Positions 62,560-64,000 of a stretch of 64,000 nt of DNA are shown piece after piece. The translations under genes were made by a program, and so were the position numbers. The DNA is taken from assembly GCA_964533295.1 (NCBI GenBank), contig CAZHLM010000001.1, positions 180,633-244,632 of the forward strand, written 5' to 3'. The notes below the pieces were generated by a model that had not been told where the DNA came from, did not search any database, and saw only the letters and a program-made list of their open reading frames with translations. The number at the start of each line of letters is the position of its first letter. The stretch's first letter is position 1. The stretch comes from an uncultured Verrucomicrobiota bacterium. Lineage in GTDB: Bacteria > Verrucomicrobiota > Verrucomicrobiia > Palsa-1439.

Positions 62560-62880
62560 CTAGGCTGAGAGGGCGACGGGGGGACGGAAGAAGGCGAAAC
62601 GCGGCGTCTCTGGATCGCGGGGGCGCGGCCAGACCAACGCCAACAGCACCAGGGCCAGTGGAAGGCTTAGCGGGATTGCCAGCGGCGCTTGAAATCCGGC
62701 GTGCAGGGCGCACGTCCCGGGGTCGAGTTCGCCCGCTGCCTGGGAAACATCCGGACATGCGGGGCGGGCCCGTTCCGGCGCCGGACAGGCCGCCGCCAGG
62801 AGCAGGTGGCCGATCAGTCCGGCGAGGACCAGGCCGATAATCACGGCCAGCGCCCAGCGTCTACTCTGGGGACTATCCAT
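62560..62880 (-). CDS. hypothetical small membrane protein with Cys-rich loop (CPAPERARPACPD...GTCALHAG)
   Basis: Internal ATG 62880. Two TM helices flank a Cys-containing loop. Lies between arsR and the SPC ATPase and overlaps arsR by 8 nt. Confidence 0.3.
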   Translation of the reverse strand: MDSPQSRRWALAVIIGLVLAGLIGHLLLAAACPAPERARPACPDVSQAAGELDPGTCALHAGFQAPLAIPLSLPLALVLLALVWPRPRDPETPRFAFFRPPVALSA

Positions 62881-63187
62881 GCCGGACGTGCTCCAGCCCC
62901 TGCCGGAATAGCGCCGCCACATGGTCGTCGTCCAGAGCGTAAAAGACCTGACGCCCTTCCTTGCGGGCCCGGACCAGGCGCATCTGTCGCAGGCCGCGCA
63001 TGTGGTGAGAAACCGCCGACTCGCTGACGTTGGCAGCCTGGGCCAGAGCGCTCACGTTCATTTCTCCATCGGCCAGGGCGGCGATGATGCGCACTCGGCT
63101 GGAGTCGCTGAACGCGCGGAACAGTTCCGCGACTTGCGCAGCGGTCCGTTCGTCGAGGAGGTGGGTCTTGGCTGTGGCGATCATCAT
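62873..63187 (-). CDS. ArsR/SmtB-family metalloregulator
   Basis: wHTH FRAFSDSSRVRIIAALADGEMNVSALAQAANVSESAVSHHMRGLRQMRLV. 104 aa. Confidence 0.75.
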   Translation of the reverse strand: MMIATAKTHLLDERTAAQVAELFRAFSDSSRVRIIAALADGEMNVSALAQAANVSESAVSHHMRGLRQMRLVRARKEGRQVFYALDDDHVAALFRQGLEHVRHG

Positions 63188-63194
63188 AGAAATA

Positions 63195-63229
63195 CCTGAA
63201 CGTATACTCAGATATGCATATCTTATTCA
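63195..63229. promoter_or_regulatory. AT-rich dyad CTGAACGTATACTCAGATATGCATATCTTATTCAG, candidate ArsR/SmtB operator
   Basis: Outer arms CTGAA/TTCAG, central perfect palindrome ATATGCATAT. Starts 8 nt upstream of the arsR start at 63187. Resembles 12-2-12 SmtB/CzrA-type operators (TGAAC...TTCAG). Confidence 0.35.
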
Positions 63230-63439
63230 GAACTGCCCTTTTGTCAATCCCCCGGACCGTGGAAGGTGATGCTCACCCGGGCCTGCCACAAGATCCCGCC
63301 TTTCCTGTCCGAGGCCCTTAGCTGCATGAGAACGCGTGGACGCTGAGGACGAGAAGGTTGGGTCCGCCATCTCAGAGACACTCCAGGATAAAATCGCCGC
63401 CTGGCAGGCTACCCCACACACATTGACTCACTCAAGGCT

Positions 63440-63810
63440 CTGTATTTCGCCGACGCCAGCCTAGCACGATCGTCGGCTTGGGGTTCGGCGGGTGACGGAC
63501 CTCTCGGGTGGCCTGTGGCAGCGGCCGGCGTTGGCGGGCTGCTCGACCACGACTCACCGCTCATCATCCTTGACAGGCTAACCGCCAGCCTGGACCCGCT
63601 CGGCAAGCGACCGATCTTCGACCTGCGGCCGTCTTCGTCACCCACCGCTCCGACACAATCCGCAAGGCCGAGAACATTATCGTGATGCTGGACGGCCGCC
63701 TGATCGAGATGGCAACCACGAGCAACTGGCCGCCAACACCCTTAAGTTCCGGTCGCTCTTCCTGGCGCAGGGCTCACACGTCAACCCATCCTCCAGGACA
63801 GCGGCCAGGG
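63440..63810 (+). pseudogene. decayed 3' remnant of an ABC exporter ATPase gene (signature to C-terminus) with multiple frameshifts
   Basis: Pieces in three frames: VTDLSGGLWQRPALA (LSGGQRQR-like), LLDHDSPLIILDRLTASLDPLGKRPIFDL (Walker B/D-loop region), IVMLDGRLIEM, GNHEQLAANTLKFRSLFLAQ (C-terminal helix). No Walker A upstream. Confidence 0.35.
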
Positions 63811-64000
63811 ATTTTAGCGGTAAGTGCCGGACGAGCGCGACACTTGATCCGGCCACGGGTTGCCCACATTTAGGGCTGGCCGTATTGTGGAGCAGCCTCG
63901 CCTTCACACTGCCGATTATCTGGGTGGGCGCTTCGGGGTGACTTCCCGAAGTGGGTTGGACCTCCTCCCATAGAAGCCCGGCGGCTGACCAGCCGCCGGG

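Overview
This is a 64-kb window of high-GC (roughly 65-70%) bacterial chromosome. Genes are densely packed, with frequent 4-nt ATGA/GTGA start-stop overlaps and long spurious antisense ORFs typical of GC-rich DNA. No rRNA, tRNA or CRISPR array is detectable. Almost the whole window is a layered metal-homeostasis region.

- **Left end, iron uptake:** dtxR, feoA (frameshifted), a two-ORF feoB and feoC.
- **Acquired island (about 11.6-15.9 kb):** two paralogous trypsin-like serine proteases without signal peptides face each other, with lower-GC flanks and a 5' IS-transposase remnant running into the second protease.
- **Minus-strand supercluster (15.7-30.4 kb):**
  - Two P1B-type ATPases with CSC and APC metal motifs, separated by an arsR.
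  - A CzcN/ICMT-like gene with an in-frame TGA.
  - Tandem lspA genes.
  - A second arsR with an AT-rich palindromic operator.
  - An ECF sigma/anti-sigma pair whose anti-sigma carries a His-rich HTPEHTPW repeat tail.
  - A two-component system whose kinase has a Met-rich periplasmic sensor domain.
  - Three secreted or membrane proteins (zinc-ribbon membrane protein, PepSY-like protein, c-type cytochrome) that share the same Gly/Trp/Met-rich GPGMM low-complexity motif with the kinase.
- **Middle, iron uptake and redox:**
  - fur.
  - An FTR1 permease fused to a DUF2318-like Cys domain.
  - An FtsX-type ABC transporter.
  - DsbA-like and DsbD/CcdA-like genes, together resembling a P19-less version of the Campylobacter ftr1-p19 cluster.
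  - A GlcD/GlcF-like oxidase set.
- **Right half:**
  - An L,D-transpeptidase and a SurA-like PPIase.
  - HflK, HflC and an unusual CDF-transporter::HflK fusion.
  - A second two-component system.
  - Periplasmic copper genes: PCuAC, DUF305, DUF3105, a 940-aa CopC-CopD-YtkA-cytochrome c fusion and a YcnI-like gene.
  - Two further ICMT-like genes.
  - A rhodanese and a PCYCGC-motif gene, each interrupted by an in-frame TGA followed by a small hairpin.
  - A third P1B-ATPase (SPC motif) with its arsR.
  - A decayed ABC-exporter remnant.

Several reading-frame breaks sit in homopolymer runs, so single-base sequence errors cannot be excluded.
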